From Raja brachyura (taxonomy: Eukaryota), in NCBI GenBank assembly GCA_963514005.1, contig OY740783.1, forward strand, positions 5,952,001 to 6,016,000: a DNA stretch of 64,000 nucleotides, given 5' to 3'. The first letter of the stretch is position 1. Every line of letters starts with the position of its first letter. A program made the translations under genes and the position numbers. The notes under the pieces are model-generated. The model saw only the letters and a list, made by a program, of their open reading frames with translations. It was not told the origin of the DNA and made no database searches. Below are positions 34,563 through 47,002 of this stretch, one piece after another.

Positions 34563-37500
34563 GGCAGTAGGCAATAGACAATCGACAATAGGTGCAGGTA
34601 TAGGTCATTCGGCCCTTCAAGCCAGGACCGCCATTCAATGTGATCATGGCTGATCATCCCCAATCAGTACCCCTTCTCCCCATATCCTGCCTTCTCCCCA
34701 TATCACCCGACTCTGCTATTTTCAAGATTGCTATTGCCCTATCTAGCTCTGCCTTGAAAGCATCCAGAGAACCTGCCTCCACCGCCCTCTGAGGCAGAGA
34801 ATTGCACAGACTCACCACTCTCTGTGAGAAAAAGTGTTTCCTCGTCACCGAGCTAAATGGTCCTACTCCTTATTCTTAAACTGTGGCCCCTGGTTCTGGA
34901 TTCCGCCAACATCGGGAACATGTTTGGTGCCTCTAGGGTGTCCAAACCCTTAACAATCTTATATGTTTCAATGAGAATCCCTCTCATCCTTCTAAACTCC
35001 AGAGTGTACAAGCCCAGCTGCTCCATTCTCTCAACATATGACAGTCCCGCCATCCCGGGAATTAACCTTGTAAACCTACGCTGCACTCCCTCAATAGCAA
35101 GAATGTCCTACCTCAAATTAGGGGACCAAAACTGTATACAATACTCCAGGTGTGGTCTCACTAGGGCTCTGTGCAACTGCAGAAGCACCTCTTTGCTCCT
35201 ATATTCGATTCCTCTTGTTATAAAGGCCAACATGCCATTCACTTTCTTCACTGCCTGCTGTACCTGCATGCTTACTTTCATAGACTGATGTACAAGGACC
35301 CCCAGATCCCGTTGTACTTCCCCTTTTCCAAACTTGACGCCATTTCGATAGTAATCTGCCTTGCTGTTTTTGCTACCAAAGTGGATAACCTCACATTTAT
35401 CCGCATTAAACTTCATCTGCCATGCATCTGCCCTCTACCCAACCTGTCCAAGTCACCCTGCATTCTCATAGCATCCTCCTCACAGTTCACACTGCCACCC
35501 AGCTTTGTGTCATCTGCAAATTTGCTAATGTTAGTTTGAATCCCTTCAACCAAATCATTGATGTAAATTCTAAATAACTGCGGTCCCAGCACTGAGTCTT
35601 GTGATACACCACAGTCACTGCCTGCCATTCTGAAAGGGACCCGTTAATCCCTACTCTTTGTTTCCTGTCTGCCAACCACTTCTCTATCCATGTCAGCACT
35701 ATACCCCCTATACCATGTGCCCTCAATTTGCCCACTAATCTCCTATGTGGGACCTTATTAAATGCTTTCTGAAAGTCCAGATACACTACATCCACTGGCT
35801 CTCCCTTGTCCATTTTCCTAGTTACATCTTCAAAAAATTCCAGAAGATTAGTCAAGCATGATTTCCCCTTCTGAAATCCATGCTGACTCGCACCGATCCT
35901 GTTACTGCTATCCAAATGTGCGGCTATCTCATCTTTTATAATTGACTCCAGCATCTTCCCCACCACCGATGTCAGGCTAACCAGTTCCCTGTATTCTCTC
36001 TCCTGCCTTTCTTAAAAAGTGGGATAACATTAGCTACCCTCCAATCCACAGGAACTGATCCCGAGTCTATAGAACATTGGAAAATTATCAGCAATGCATC
36101 CACGATTTCTATAGCCACCTCCATAAGTACCCTGGGATGCAGACCATCAGGCCCTGGGGATTTATCAGCCTTCAGTCCCATCAATCTATCCAACACCATT
36201 TCCTGCCTAATGTGGATTTCCTTCAGTTCCTCCGTCACCCCAGATCCTTTGGCCACTTCTATATCAGGAAGATTGTTTGTGTCCCCCTTAGTGAAGACGG
36301 ATCCAAAGTACCTGTTCAACTCATCTGCCATTTCCTTGTTCCCCATAATAAATTCCCCTTTTTTCCCTTCAAGGGTCCAACTTTGGTTTTAAATAATTTT
36401 TTCCTCTTCACTTACCTAAAGAAGCTTTTACTATCCTGCTTGACTAGCTTACCTTCGTACCTCATCTTTTCTCCCTGTATTGCCTTTTTGGTTATCTTCT
36501 GTTGCCCTTTAAACATTACCTAATCCTCTTGTTTCCGGCTCATCTTTGCTAAGTTGGACTTCTTTGCTTTAATTTTTATACTGTCCCTGACATCCCTTGT
36601 CACCCATGGTCGTCCCTTTCTCCCCTTGGAATCTTTCTTCCTCCTAGGAACAAACTGATCCTGCACCTTCTGTATTATTGCTAGAAATACCTGCCATTTC
36701 TGTTCCAATGTCATCCCTGCTGGTGTATCTTTCCAGTCAACTTTGTCCAGCTCCTCCCTCATGGCCCCATAGTCCCCTTTATTCAACTGTAACACTGACA
36801 CCTCCGATCTACCCTTCTCCCTCCCCAATTGTAGATTAAATCCGACCATGTTATGGTCACTGCCTCCTAATGGCTCATTAACCTTGAGGTCCTTTATGCA
36901 ATCCGGTTCATTACATAACACTAAATCCAGAATTGCCTTCTCCCTGATAGGCTCCAATAGAAGCTGTTCTAAGAATCCATCACAAAGGCACTCTGCAAAG
37001 TCCCTTTCTTGGGGTCCAGTACCAACCTGATTTTCCCAGTCTACCTGCATGTTGAAATCTCCCATAACACCCACAGCATTAATTTTACTACATGCCAATT
37101 TTAACTCCTCATTCAACTTGCGCCCTATGTCCAGGCTACTGTTTAGGGGCCTGTAGATTAGTCCCATTAGGGTCTTTTTACCCTTATAATTCCTTAGTTC
37201 TATCCATACTGACTCCACGTCTCCTGTTTCAATCACACCCCTTGCAAGGGACTGAATTTCATTCCTCACCAACAGGGCAACCCCACCCCCTCTGCCCACC
37301 TGTCTGTCTTTTCGATAGGAGGTATACCCTTGGATATTCAGTTCCCAGCCCTGGCCCTCTTGCAGCCGTGTCTCAGTAATTTCATTTCGGAGTCACGTGA
37401 GTGACTTCGTGAACAGCCCGCTGGCGCGCATGCTCGACATATCGTCGTATCGCGTTGCTGCGACGGCTGGCGGTGGAGCGCGCTCCTCGCCAGCCCTTCA

Positions 37501-37578
37501 TAAGGGAACCACTGAGGTAAGTATCCTACCTTAAGTTGGTGGTCCTTGTTGTGTTACTTTGTTTTTTGCAGCAAGGAC

Positions 37579-39324
37579 ATGGATGGGAGTTCTAAGGGCC
37601 GGAAAACGTCTGGACGAGGTCGCCGGTCAGCAGTCCCGGAGCCATTGATATCGGCGGTACCTGCAGCGCAGGCCGGGACACGGGCGGGAATGTCGGTAAG
37701 CCCTGTGTTTACAGGTCCGGATCCGCCAGCACACCACAGTTTGGAGGAGTTCGACGAGGAGGAGTGTGGTGTGCCGCCAGAGCAGGAGGACCCTGCCATG
37801 GCAGTCAGGTCGTCAGCAGGCTTGCTGGCGACCTCGAGCAGAAGGGTGCGTGCAGCGGCACGGCCCTTTTCACTCAGCCCTCCGAGTAGGGGAAGGGCAG
37901 GAGCCCAGAAGTCTAACCCTGTCGGGGCTAAGGCTTTGCCTGCCGCCGGGGAGCGGTCAGGTTCCAGGGCGGGACCCGGGGCGGCTGTGAGGTCCAGTCG
38001 ACGCCCCCCAACTCTCGACGCCGGGACGGGTCGGTTGGGTCGGGTCTCGTCACGGTCGCCGAGCCCCCCATGGATGGGTGGGCGAGACCATGCGTCGGCG
38101 AGGTCCACGACGTGGGCTGCCGGCAAGCCTGTGCGGGCTTCGGGTATCCATGCTGCGGCTGGTGCCGACACCACGCCGCAAGTGCCCTTAGTGGCAGCGG
38201 CTTCAGCTCCCGCTAAACGGAGGCGGTTGAACACGCCCGTGTGGGAATCGCGCAGTTTCGCTTCGGCGGCTGTTAGCGACGACTACTGGCACCGGGTGGG
38301 CCTCGATGAGGTGCGGGCCGATGATAGGGGCCCCAGCAATTTTTCAGAGCCGGAGGACTCCAACCACCTGAGTGTTCAGGGTGAAGGGCGTATTGACCGT
38401 ATGGAGCGGCTGCTGGAGCTCCTGCTTCACGGTCAACAGCAGCAAGCGTCCAGCAGCGACAGGCACAGGGCTGTTTCACCAACTTCCACCTTCAGCCTGG
38501 AGCAGCAGGATGAGGAGGTTTTGGTCGATCCCATACCACCTCCATCAGATTTACCAGCGGAGGAACTTCTCGATGTGGCCGCTAAGTTCGCGGCCCCACA
38601 CTCGTCTGGGCTTCCCCTGAACTCGAAATTGGCAGCCACAGTGGACTTCCTCAACAACCATCAGCTCCAGGAAGAAGTTCTCATTCAGGCCATGAGCCGT
38701 CACAAGGCTCCATCCAACTGCAACTCCCTCAATGTGCCTGTGGTCAATACGCCGATATGGGGCAACATCAGTGCGGCTATCCGTCAACAGGAGCTAAAAA
38801 TTCAGCGGATTCTGAAGCTCCTCACGGCCGGTATTACCGCCTTTGTGCGGTCGGTTGATGGGGATGAATTAAATTTGGACCAGGAGGATGCTCTCGCTCT
38901 ATTGTGCGCAACTCAACATGAGATCAATGGGTTCCGCAAAAGCAGCATCCGCCCGGCGCTCAACCCTACGTTTGCAGGGTTGTGCAAACCACCGCCGCCG
39001 CCGCCGCCCCGTCAGCTCTTTGGAGAAGATCTCTCGAAGAGGGTCAAAGAGCTTGACGAACAAGCCAAAACGGTGGGACTCATGCGCTCTCACAGTGCCC
39101 CCAGGCCGTTGGGCTCGAAAGCTCCGCTTGTTCATCCACGAGGGTCTGCCAGCACCTCTACAAGGACCTACCCTCCAGCTCCACTCCGTTACCAACAGCC
39201 CCAGCAGCAGGGGGCTTTTTTAGGACAAGGTCGGCAGAAACCCTGGTGGAAGATGAGGACGCCGCGCCCTCAAGCCAACCCAGCACCTCCACGTCCACCC
39301 ACACGTGTCAAGGACCGCCGGTAA
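37579..39324 (+). CDS. DIRS Gag-like ORF1 (copy 2)
   Basis: Homologous to 25833-27602. Confidence 0.85.
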   Translation: MDGSSKGRKTSGRGRRSAVPEPLISAVPAAQAGTRAGMSVSPVFTGPDPPAHHSLEEFDEEECGVPPEQEDPAMAVRSSAGLLATSSRRVRAAARPFSLSPPSRGRAGAQKSNPVGAKALPAAGERSGSRAGPGAAVRSSRRPPTLDAGTGRLGRVSSRSPSPPWMGGRDHASARSTTWAAGKPVRASGIHAAAGADTTPQVPLVAAASAPAKRRRLNTPVWESRSFASAAVSDDYWHRVGLDEVRADDRGPSNFSEPEDSNHLSVQGEGRIDRMERLLELLLHGQQQQASSSDRHRAVSPTSTFSLEQQDEEVLVDPIPPPSDLPAEELLDVAAKFAAPHSSGLPLNSKLAATVDFLNNHQLQEEVLIQAMSRHKAPSNCNSLNVPVVNTPIWGNISAAIRQQELKIQRILKLLTAGITAFVRSVDGDELNLDQEDALALLCATQHEINGFRKSSIRPALNPTFAGLCKPPPPPPPRQLFGEDLSKRVKELDEQAKTVGLMRSHSAPRPLGSKAPLVHPRGSASTSTRTYPPAPLRYQQPQQQGAFLGQGRQKPWWKMRTPRPQANPAPPRPPTRVKDRR

Positions 39325-39326
39325 CC

Positions 39327-41255
39327 ATGGAGGTGAGGCGGTCTGGTTCTCTCTTTTCTCTTTGTCTAACCTCACATGTTGGTGGGTGCCTTCGGTTCTT
39401 TTTGGGTGCATGGGGTGATATTACTGGTGATGAGTATGTGTTACAAAATATTCAGGGTCATAAAATTGAGTTTCTTAATGGGGACATTCCTCCATCCCAG
39501 CACAGGCCTGGTCGAACATTTAAATTGTCTGCTGCAGAACAGGCAGCAGGCTATAAGGAAATTTTGAGGCTAGCACAGAAGGGAGTGATAGAGAAAACGG
39601 TTCATGAGCCAGTTGAATTTGTTTCTAATATATTCACTCGACCCAAGAAGGATGGAGGCTGTCGAGTCATCATTGACCTGACTCGTTTAAATACTTTTGT
39701 AACATATACTCATTTCAAAATGGACACTTTTGAAACAGCCAAATCATTGATTTCACATGGTTGCTTTATGGCATGCATTGATTTACGAGATGCGTACTAT
39801 ACTGTATCCATTCAAAAATGTTATAGGAGGTTTCTGAAATTTATCTGGATGGGTCAACTCTGGCAATATAGGGCTTTGCCAAACGGGCTTACCACAGCCC
39901 CTAGATTATTCACTAAATTGGTGAAGCCAATTATGACTTATTTACGACAACGACATCATATAGTAATGGCCTATTTAGATGATATCTTAATTGTCGGCCA
40001 CACCCTGGAATTGGCTCAACAGGGTGTTGCAGCTGCTGTCAATATATTTCAGCAGCTGGGGTTCATTGTCCATCCAGCCAAATCAAAGTTCTGCCCCTCC
40101 CAGGTAATTCATTATCTGGGGTTTACGGTGGACTCTATTCACATGAGGGTCACCATACCAACTAATAAGGTTGAGGAGGTCACCCAGGTGTGTCAAGGTT
40201 TAATCAGCGCTAGTATACCATCGATTCGACATAAAGCTACAGTAATTGGCAAGCTTGTAGCATTGTTTCCGGCAGCCCGATATGGGCCTTTGCATTATCA
40301 GAATTTGCAAAGGGCCAAGATCGCTGCGTTAAGACAGCACGCTGGTCATTATAATCGACCAATGCAGCTGCCGCCCGAAGCGAAGGATGAGTTACGATGG
40401 TGGGTGCGTCACATTAGTAACTCATTTAAGCCTATTATTGGGGCTAATCCGGTGGTATACTTGCAAACTGATGCGAGCTCTTATGGCTGGGGAGCTACGG
40501 ATCATTACTCTAGTTGCGGGGGCAGATGGGATACCCTTGAGGCTACTATGTTGTTGTCTCAAGGGATAAACTATTTGGAGCTACTTGCAGCATTCCACGG
40601 ACTTCGTGCTTATTGTTCCAAGGTTTTTGGAGCACATGTCCGTCTCCAAATAGGCAACACCACAGCGGTGGCTTATTTAAACCATATGGGCGGTACCAGG
40701 TCAGTTTCATGTGATAAATTGGCTAACTCAATTTGGCTCTGGTGTGTTCAAAGAGACATTTGGATTTCAGCTACCTATTTGCCAGGTGAGCTTAATACTG
40801 TGGCGGACACCAGGTCACGCAAGTTTAATGACAATATTGAATGGATGTTGCATCCTGAAATTTTTGCCAAAGTTACAGCCAAATTTGAGAAACCGGATAT
40901 TGACCTTTTTGCGTCATGGTTGAACCATCAGGTACCAACATACGTCTCATGGGAACCAGATCCTGGGGCTATGGCGCTAGATGCATTCTCGCTGGACTGG
41001 GGGAATTGGTTTTTCTATGCATTCCCCCCGTTTTGCCTCATCAGTCGGGTATTACGAAAGATTCAGATGGATGCAGCCAAGGGCATCCTTATTATACCCG
41101 ACTGGCCTACACAGCCGTGGTATCCGGTGGTCTTTGACATGCTCAGTGAGCCTTGGGTCCTTTTGAAGGGTTGCCCAGAATTGGTTACTCACCCTGTCTC
41201 AGGGGAGCCACATCCCTGCCATGGCTATTTAAATTTGTTGGCTTGCAGGTTTTGA
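39327..41255 (+). CDS. DIRS Pol (RT, RNase H, methyltransferase), copy 2
   Basis: Open frame with DLRDAYY, YLDD, TDAS, DLFAS and YAFPPF. The RNase H motif reads GNTTA instead of DNTTA. Confidence 0.92.
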   Translation: MEVRRSGSLFSLCLTSHVGGCLRFFLGAWGDITGDEYVLQNIQGHKIEFLNGDIPPSQHRPGRTFKLSAAEQAAGYKEILRLAQKGVIEKTVHEPVEFVSNIFTRPKKDGGCRVIIDLTRLNTFVTYTHFKMDTFETAKSLISHGCFMACIDLRDAYYTVSIQKCYRRFLKFIWMGQLWQYRALPNGLTTAPRLFTKLVKPIMTYLRQRHHIVMAYLDDILIVGHTLELAQQGVAAAVNIFQQLGFIVHPAKSKFCPSQVIHYLGFTVDSIHMRVTIPTNKVEEVTQVCQGLISASIPSIRHKATVIGKLVALFPAARYGPLHYQNLQRAKIAALRQHAGHYNRPMQLPPEAKDELRWWVRHISNSFKPIIGANPVVYLQTDASSYGWGATDHYSSCGGRWDTLEATMLLSQGINYLELLAAFHGLRAYCSKVFGAHVRLQIGNTTAVAYLNHMGGTRSVSCDKLANSIWLWCVQRDIWISATYLPGELNTVADTRSRKFNDNIEWMLHPEIFAKVTAKFEKPDIDLFASWLNHQVPTYVSWEPDPGAMALDAFSLDWGNWFFYAFPPFCLISRVLRKIQMDAAKGILIIPDWPTQPWYPVVFDMLSEPWVLLKGCPELVTHPVSGEPHPCHGYLNLLACRF

Positions 41256-42232
41256 ACAGGCCGTTAGTCCAATACGGCCTCTCAACTCGGACCATGGATA
41301 CCATTGGGGCGTCGTGTCGAGAGTCCACAAGGCGAAGATACCGCTCACATATCAAGAAGTGGGAAGCCTACTGCAGCCGCTCTCGCATCACGTACGATGA
41401 CGTGACTATAACCGACGTCCTGGAATTCCTCGCGGGGTTGCACCATGATGAACACTTAAGTTACAGTGCCATCAACAGCGCCAGGAGCGCGCTGTCATTC
41501 TACCTCAAGATTGAGGTGGGATCCAACAGGCTAGTGTCCAGACTCATGCGGGGTATATTCAATATGAATCCGCCTACACCACGCTACAATATCACCTGGG
41601 ATGTCAGGGACGTATTAACCCTGCTCAGGACGTGGTCTCCCATGGAAGGGCTCCAGCTGGACAAACTCACCATGAAGCTGGTGATGTTACTAGCGCTGAA
41701 TTCAGCACAGAGGGTACAGACACTGCATAAACTACGTGTCGACAGAATGATGTCTACCCCTACAGAAGTAGTCTTCTTTGTTGTTGAGCTACTAAAGCAG
41801 CATAGACCTGGGTGCACAGGGCTGCAGCCGAAGTTCCCGGCATACCCTGCAGACGCTAGGCTGTGTTTAGCCTCACATATCCGTCACTATGTCAAGGTGA
41901 CGGCATGCATCAGAGGAATGGAGAGATACCTGCTTGTCACTCATAAGAGACCTCATCATCGAGTGACAGTCCAGACGATATCCAGGTGGCTCCGGGCCGT
42001 CTTGGGTAAGTCAGGTATCGACACTAATGTGTTCAAGTCTCATTCCACCAGGGCTGCATCGACGTCAGCGGCAAGGATTATGGAGGTGCCTATGGACCAT
42101 ATTCTCGCCACAGCAGGATGGGCTAATGAAGCTGTGTTTCAGCGATTTTATAACAAGCCTGTTGCTGCTCCTCTACAGTTCGCGGAAGCCGTGCTGAATG
42201 CAGGTCAAGAACGTGGAGGTGTCCCCGCATGA
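41249..42232 (+). CDS. DIRS tyrosine recombinase (copy 2)
   Basis: SAQRV, LKQ, HSTR, AGW, FQRFY. Confidence 0.92.
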   Translation, partial: VLNRPLVQYGLSTRTMDTIGASCRESTRRRYRSHIKKWEAYCSRSRITYDDVTITDVLEFLAGLHHDEHLSYSAINSARSALSFYLKIEVGSNRLVSRLMRGIFNMNPPTPRYNITWDVRDVLTLLRTWSPMEGLQLDKLTMKLVMLLALNSAQRVQTLHKLRVDRMMSTPTEVVFFVVELLKQHRPGCTGLQPKFPAYPADARLCLASHIRHYVKVTACIRGMERYLLVTHKRPHHRVTVQTISRWLRAVLGKSGIDTNVFKSHSTRAASTSAARIMEVPMDHILATAGWANEAVFQRFYNKPVAAPLQFAEAVLNAGQERGGVPA

Positions 42233-43339
42233 GGGGTTTTTGATTTGTTGTTAATAAATATGCTCTTGTTCTGCAGTATGAACTATTTGAGCAAGTTTGT
42301 TCCTCCCATCCATCCCTGCTAGTGGTGTGTCAGCATGGACGTGGTCCAGGGCGTGTAATCACAGAAGCTTTGAAGTCTTCACGAAGTCACTCACGTGACT
42401 CCGAAATGAAATAGTAAGATTGAACGAGAACTTACCAGTTCGAAGGTTGATCGTTATTTCATGAGGAGTCGCGGTGAGGGATTTCGTGCCCTCCACGCCC
42501 AGCCCTCAGTCACCTTCACCTGGTAATTTGAGTCTCTTTCATCTTACTATGCCAAGTCATTTCTGTTACTGGTTTCTGTGATTCCACACCGCTACTTTGA
42601 AGAATGTCGAGCATGCGCGCCGGCGGGCTCTTCACGAAATCCCTCACCGCGACTCCTCATGAAATAACGATCAACCTTCGAACTGGTAAGTTCTCGTTCA
42701 ATCTTACTATTCCCACATACTTGTCAATTTCTAACTGAGCCTCAAGCTCGTCCCCTTTATTCCTTATACTTCGCGCATTCATATACAACACTTTGACCTC
42801 CGCATTTACTTCCCAGCTCGCACCGCTCGTAATTGGCCCTGACCTTACTCTGTTGTCCATTCTCGAACTTTCCTTCCCATTAATTCGAGAATCTTTTGTA
42901 ATTTTTCATGTAGTCACTTCCCATTCAAATCCATCTTTACACTCCCAATTTGTCAATCCCTCCCCCCCACTATTTAGTTTAAACCCTCACGTGTAGCCCT
43001 CGCAAACCTGCCTGCCAGAATGTCGGTCCCCCTCCAGTTAAGGTGTAACCCGTCCCTTTTGTACAGGTCACCCCTACCCCAGAAGAGATCCCAGTGGTCT
43101 ATAAATCTAAATCCTTGCTCCTTAGGATCTTTGCTGCTGTTTCTTCAAAATCCACGGGAGATCTGAGTTAAGTCTGCCTGAGCATAGCCTCTCATTTTTA
43201 ATTGTTTTCACCCTCTGACTCACTTCTAACTCTCCTCCCACTCGGGCTAGAGCCAACCACTGATTTTTCCTGCTTCTCTTTGCTGCTGTTTCTTCAAAAT
43301 CCACGGGAATCTGAGTTAAGTCTGCCTGTGCTTTGCCTA

Positions 43340-46300
43340 TACCTACAGATTGGGCTAACTAATTTGGTAACAGTGCTGATGGTGAGGATTTCCAGGAATG
43401 TATACGGGATGGATTTTTAAACCAATATGTAGAGGAACCAACTTGAGGGCCGGCCATCCTAGACTGGGTACTGTGTAACGAGGAAGGATTCATTAGCAAT
43501 CTTGTTGTGCAAGGCCCCTTGGGCAACCGTGACCATAATATGGTGGAATTCCACTTTACAATGGAGAGGGACACTGTTAGTTCAGAGGCGAGGGACCTGA
43601 AATTGAATAAAGGAGACTTTGAAGGTATGAGACGGGAACTGGCTAGGATACACTGGCAAATTATAGTTAAAGGGTTGACAGTGGAGATGCAATGGCGAAG
43701 ATTTAAAGAACGCTTGGATAAACTCCATAAATTGTTAGAGTCACAGTCATAGATTGATACAGAGTGGAAAATGGGCCTTTTGGCCCAACTCGCCCATATT
43801 GGCCAACAATGTCCCAGCTACACTAGTCCCACTTGCCTGTGCTTGGTCAATATCCGTCCAATCCTGTCCAAATATATACCAGTCTAACTGTCTCTTAAAC
43901 GATGGGATAGTCCCAGCCTCAACTACCCTCTCTGTCAGCTTATTCCATACACCCACCACCCTTTGTGTGAAAACGTCACCCCTCAGATTTCTGATAAATC
44001 ATTTCCAATTCACCTTGAACCTATGTCCTCTGGTCCTCGATTCCTCCACTCTGGGCAAAAGACTCGGTGCATCTTCCCGATCTATTCCTCTCATGATTTT
44101 GTACACCTCTAAAAGATCTCTATTAAATTCTTAAGGGGTTGGACAGGCTAGATGCAAGAAGGTTGTTCCCGATGTTGGGGAAGTCCAGAACAAGGGGTCA
44201 CAGTTTAAGGATAAGGGGGAAGTTTTTTAGGACCGTGATGAGAAAAACATTTTTCACACAGAGAATGGTGAATCTGTGGAATTCTCTGCCACAGAAGGTA
44301 GTTGAGGCCAGTTCATTGGCTATATTTAAGAGGGAGTTAGATGTGGCCCTTGTGGCTAAGGGGATCAGGGGGTATGGAGAGAAGGCAGTTACGGGATACT
44401 GAGTGGGATGATCAGCCATGGTCATATTGAATGGCGGTGCAGGCTCGAAGGGCCGAATGGCTTACTCCTGCACCTATTATCTATGTTTCTATTTCCCCTC
44501 ATCATCCTCCTGTGCTCTTTGGTGAAAAAATAAAACTGCAGAGGCGGCTCAACTGTGGCTGAGGGTGGAAGACAAGAATAGTGTTAAATCCAAGGAAGAG
44601 GCTTATAAATTGGCCAGAAGAAGCGTCAAACCAGGGGAAAAAATTGGAATTCAACAGAGGAGGACAAAGGGATTAATTAAGAGGGGGAGAGCATGAAAGA
44701 AAGCTTTGTGGGGAATATGAAAATTGACTGTAAAAGTTTATTTAGGTATGTAAAAATAAAAAGATTAGCAAAGACATATGTAGGTCCTTCACAGTCAGAG
44801 ATCGGTGAATTTATAATGGGGAAACAAGGAAATCACAGGACATTTAAACGAGTACTTTGATTCTGTCCTCAAAAAGGAAGACACAAACAATCTCCCATAA
44901 AGACTAGAGGACCGAGGATCTAGTGGGAGGGAGGAACAGAAGGGAATCCACATTAGTCAGAAAATGATGTTAGGTAAACTGTTGGGACTGAAGGCAGATA
45001 AATCCATAGAGCTTGATGGTCTGCATCCCAGGGTCCACAAGGAGGTGGCCCTTGAAAGGTTGGATGCAATAGTGATCATTTTTCACAGTTCTCTCGACTC
45101 TGGATCTGTGGACTGGAGAGAAGACAATTGCACTTTTTAAGAAAGGAGGGAGAGAGAAAACGGGGAATTATAGACCAGTTAGCCTTACATCGGTGGTGGG
45201 GAAGATGCTTGAGTCGATTATGAAAGATGTAAAGCAGCGCATTTGGAAAGCAGTGACGGTATCTGTCAAAGTCAGCATGGATTTAAGAAGGGGAAATCAT
45301 GCTTGACTAATCTTTTTGGAATTTTTTGAGGATGTAACAAGTTGACTGGATAAGGGAGAGCCAGTTGATGGGGTGTATCAGGACTTGCAGAAAGCCTTTG
45401 ACAAGATCCCACACAAGAGATTAGTGTGCAAAATTAGAGCTCTTGGTGTTGGAGGTAGGGTTTTGACATGGTCAGAGAACTGGTTGGCAAACAGGAAGCA
45501 GAGAGTAGCAATTAACGGGTCGTTTTCAGGCAGTGACCCATGGGGTGTCGAAAGGCTCGGTGCTGGGCCCCCTGTTGTTTACAATATATATTAACAATTT
45601 AGATGAGGGAATTAAATAAATTAAACATCTCTAAGTTTACAGGTGATACAAAGATGGTTGGAAGTGTGGGCTGTGAAGAAGATGCTATGAGGCTGCAGGG
45701 CTCATAGCATCTTGTATAGGTTGGGTGAGTAGGCAGAAGCATGGCATATGCAGTATAATGTGGATAAATGTGAGGTTATCCACTTTGGTGGCAAGAACAG
45801 GAAGGTAGATTTTTATCTGAATGGTGTCAGATTAGGAGAAGGGGAGGTGCCGACTGCAGCTGTACAGAGCAATGGTGAGAACACACCTGGAGTATTGTGT
45901 GCGATTTTTGTCTCCTAATTTGAGGAAGGACATTATTGCTATTGAGGGGTGCACCATAGGTTCGGCATGTTAATTGCCGGGATGGCAGATAGGTCAATAT
46001 GTTTAAAGAATCCGTCTACTGGGCTTGTATTCACTGTAATTTAGGATAAGAGGGGATCATGTAGACACATATAAAATTCTTAGTTGATTGGACAGGGTAG
46101 ATGCAAGCAAAATGGTCCCGATGTTGGGGGAGTCCAGAAGCAGGAGTCACAGTTTAAGATTAAGGGATTTTGGACTGAGATGAGGCAAAACCTTTTCACC
46201 CAGAGAGATGTGAATCTGTGGAATTCTGTGCCACAGAAGGCAGTGGAGACCAGTTCACTGGATGTTTTCAAGAGTGAGTTAGATTTACCTCTTAGGGCTA

Positions 46301-46420
46301 AAGGAATCAATGGTTATGGGGAATAGGTCCTCTAGGAGGGTAGTGATTTTGGATAATCAGCAATGATCATATTGAATGGCGGTGTAGGCTCCAAGGGCTG
46401 AATGGCCTACTCCTGCACCT
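43340..46420 (+). mobile_element. Nested CR1 fragments, including an older degenerate copy at ~44520-46420
   Basis: CR1 APE/RT/3' motifs with many stops. A minus-strand piece lies at ~43745-44120. Confidence 0.8.
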
Positions 46421-46423
46421 GTT

Positions 46424-46466
<43 letters not shown>

Positions 46467-47002
46467 CTTTATTGATCCCCTCAGAGAAATTCAGAAATAT
46501 TTTCCTGTGGAATATTTTCTATATTTCTACCTTTCTATGTTTCAAAACAAAAAACTGAGATCGAACGGCCCACTCATGCGATTTGTCGGTTACCGTTTGT
46601 CTACCTATGTTATAGCAAATTCATTTTAATTCGCTGACATATCGAGCAGGTTCCCCTTGTCTTCTACACGTCTACTGTTGTACATTAAATCAAAGTGGGG
46701 AAAACTAAATTAACTTTATTAACGCCTCATACTTCCCTCTAATTGTTTGTGTTTATGTGGCTCTGCACAGATGGTCCTTATTATCATAAGAGTGCGCATG
46801 GAATAAATGATAAAATGACTAATAGCATAAGGAAGGAATGCATTAAGATTCTGCTGAACCAGATTAACCCCCCTCTTCTATATTTTCTGTGGCGATATTG
46901 TGATCGATGGGCAAGAGCTCACCATGTAACTGAAAGGAAACACCTGTGTCGGCCGTGCTGCTAAATTAATCAGACGCTTTCAGTCTGCTGTACAAACACT
47001 GG

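Larger units (their letters stand above)
37379..42711 (+). mobile_element. Full-length DIRS1-like retrotransposon, copy 2 (divergent subfamily)
   Basis: ITR 37406-37440 / 42604-42638, ICR 42376-42488, ATT termini, three open ORFs. Confidence 0.96.
34565..43120 (-). mobile_element. Near full-length CR1 ORF2 (APE and RT) split by DIRS copy 2
   Basis: APE motifs (GGGVAL, GDFN, ILDLV, SDHN) and RT motifs. The flanks at 37378 and 42712 rejoin to continuous CR1 sequence. Confidence 0.9.

Noticed and set aside
25607-38787. Antisense and alternative-frame ORFs over DIRS gag and the GC-rich insert at 32981-33533
   Set aside because: Expected in GC-rich sequence; no recognisable motifs.
25633-42711. 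Prophage, bacterial integrase or contamination suggested by the recombinase and methylase
   Set aside because: RT/RNase H, ITR-ICR architecture and insertion into a host CR1 identify DIRS retrotransposons.
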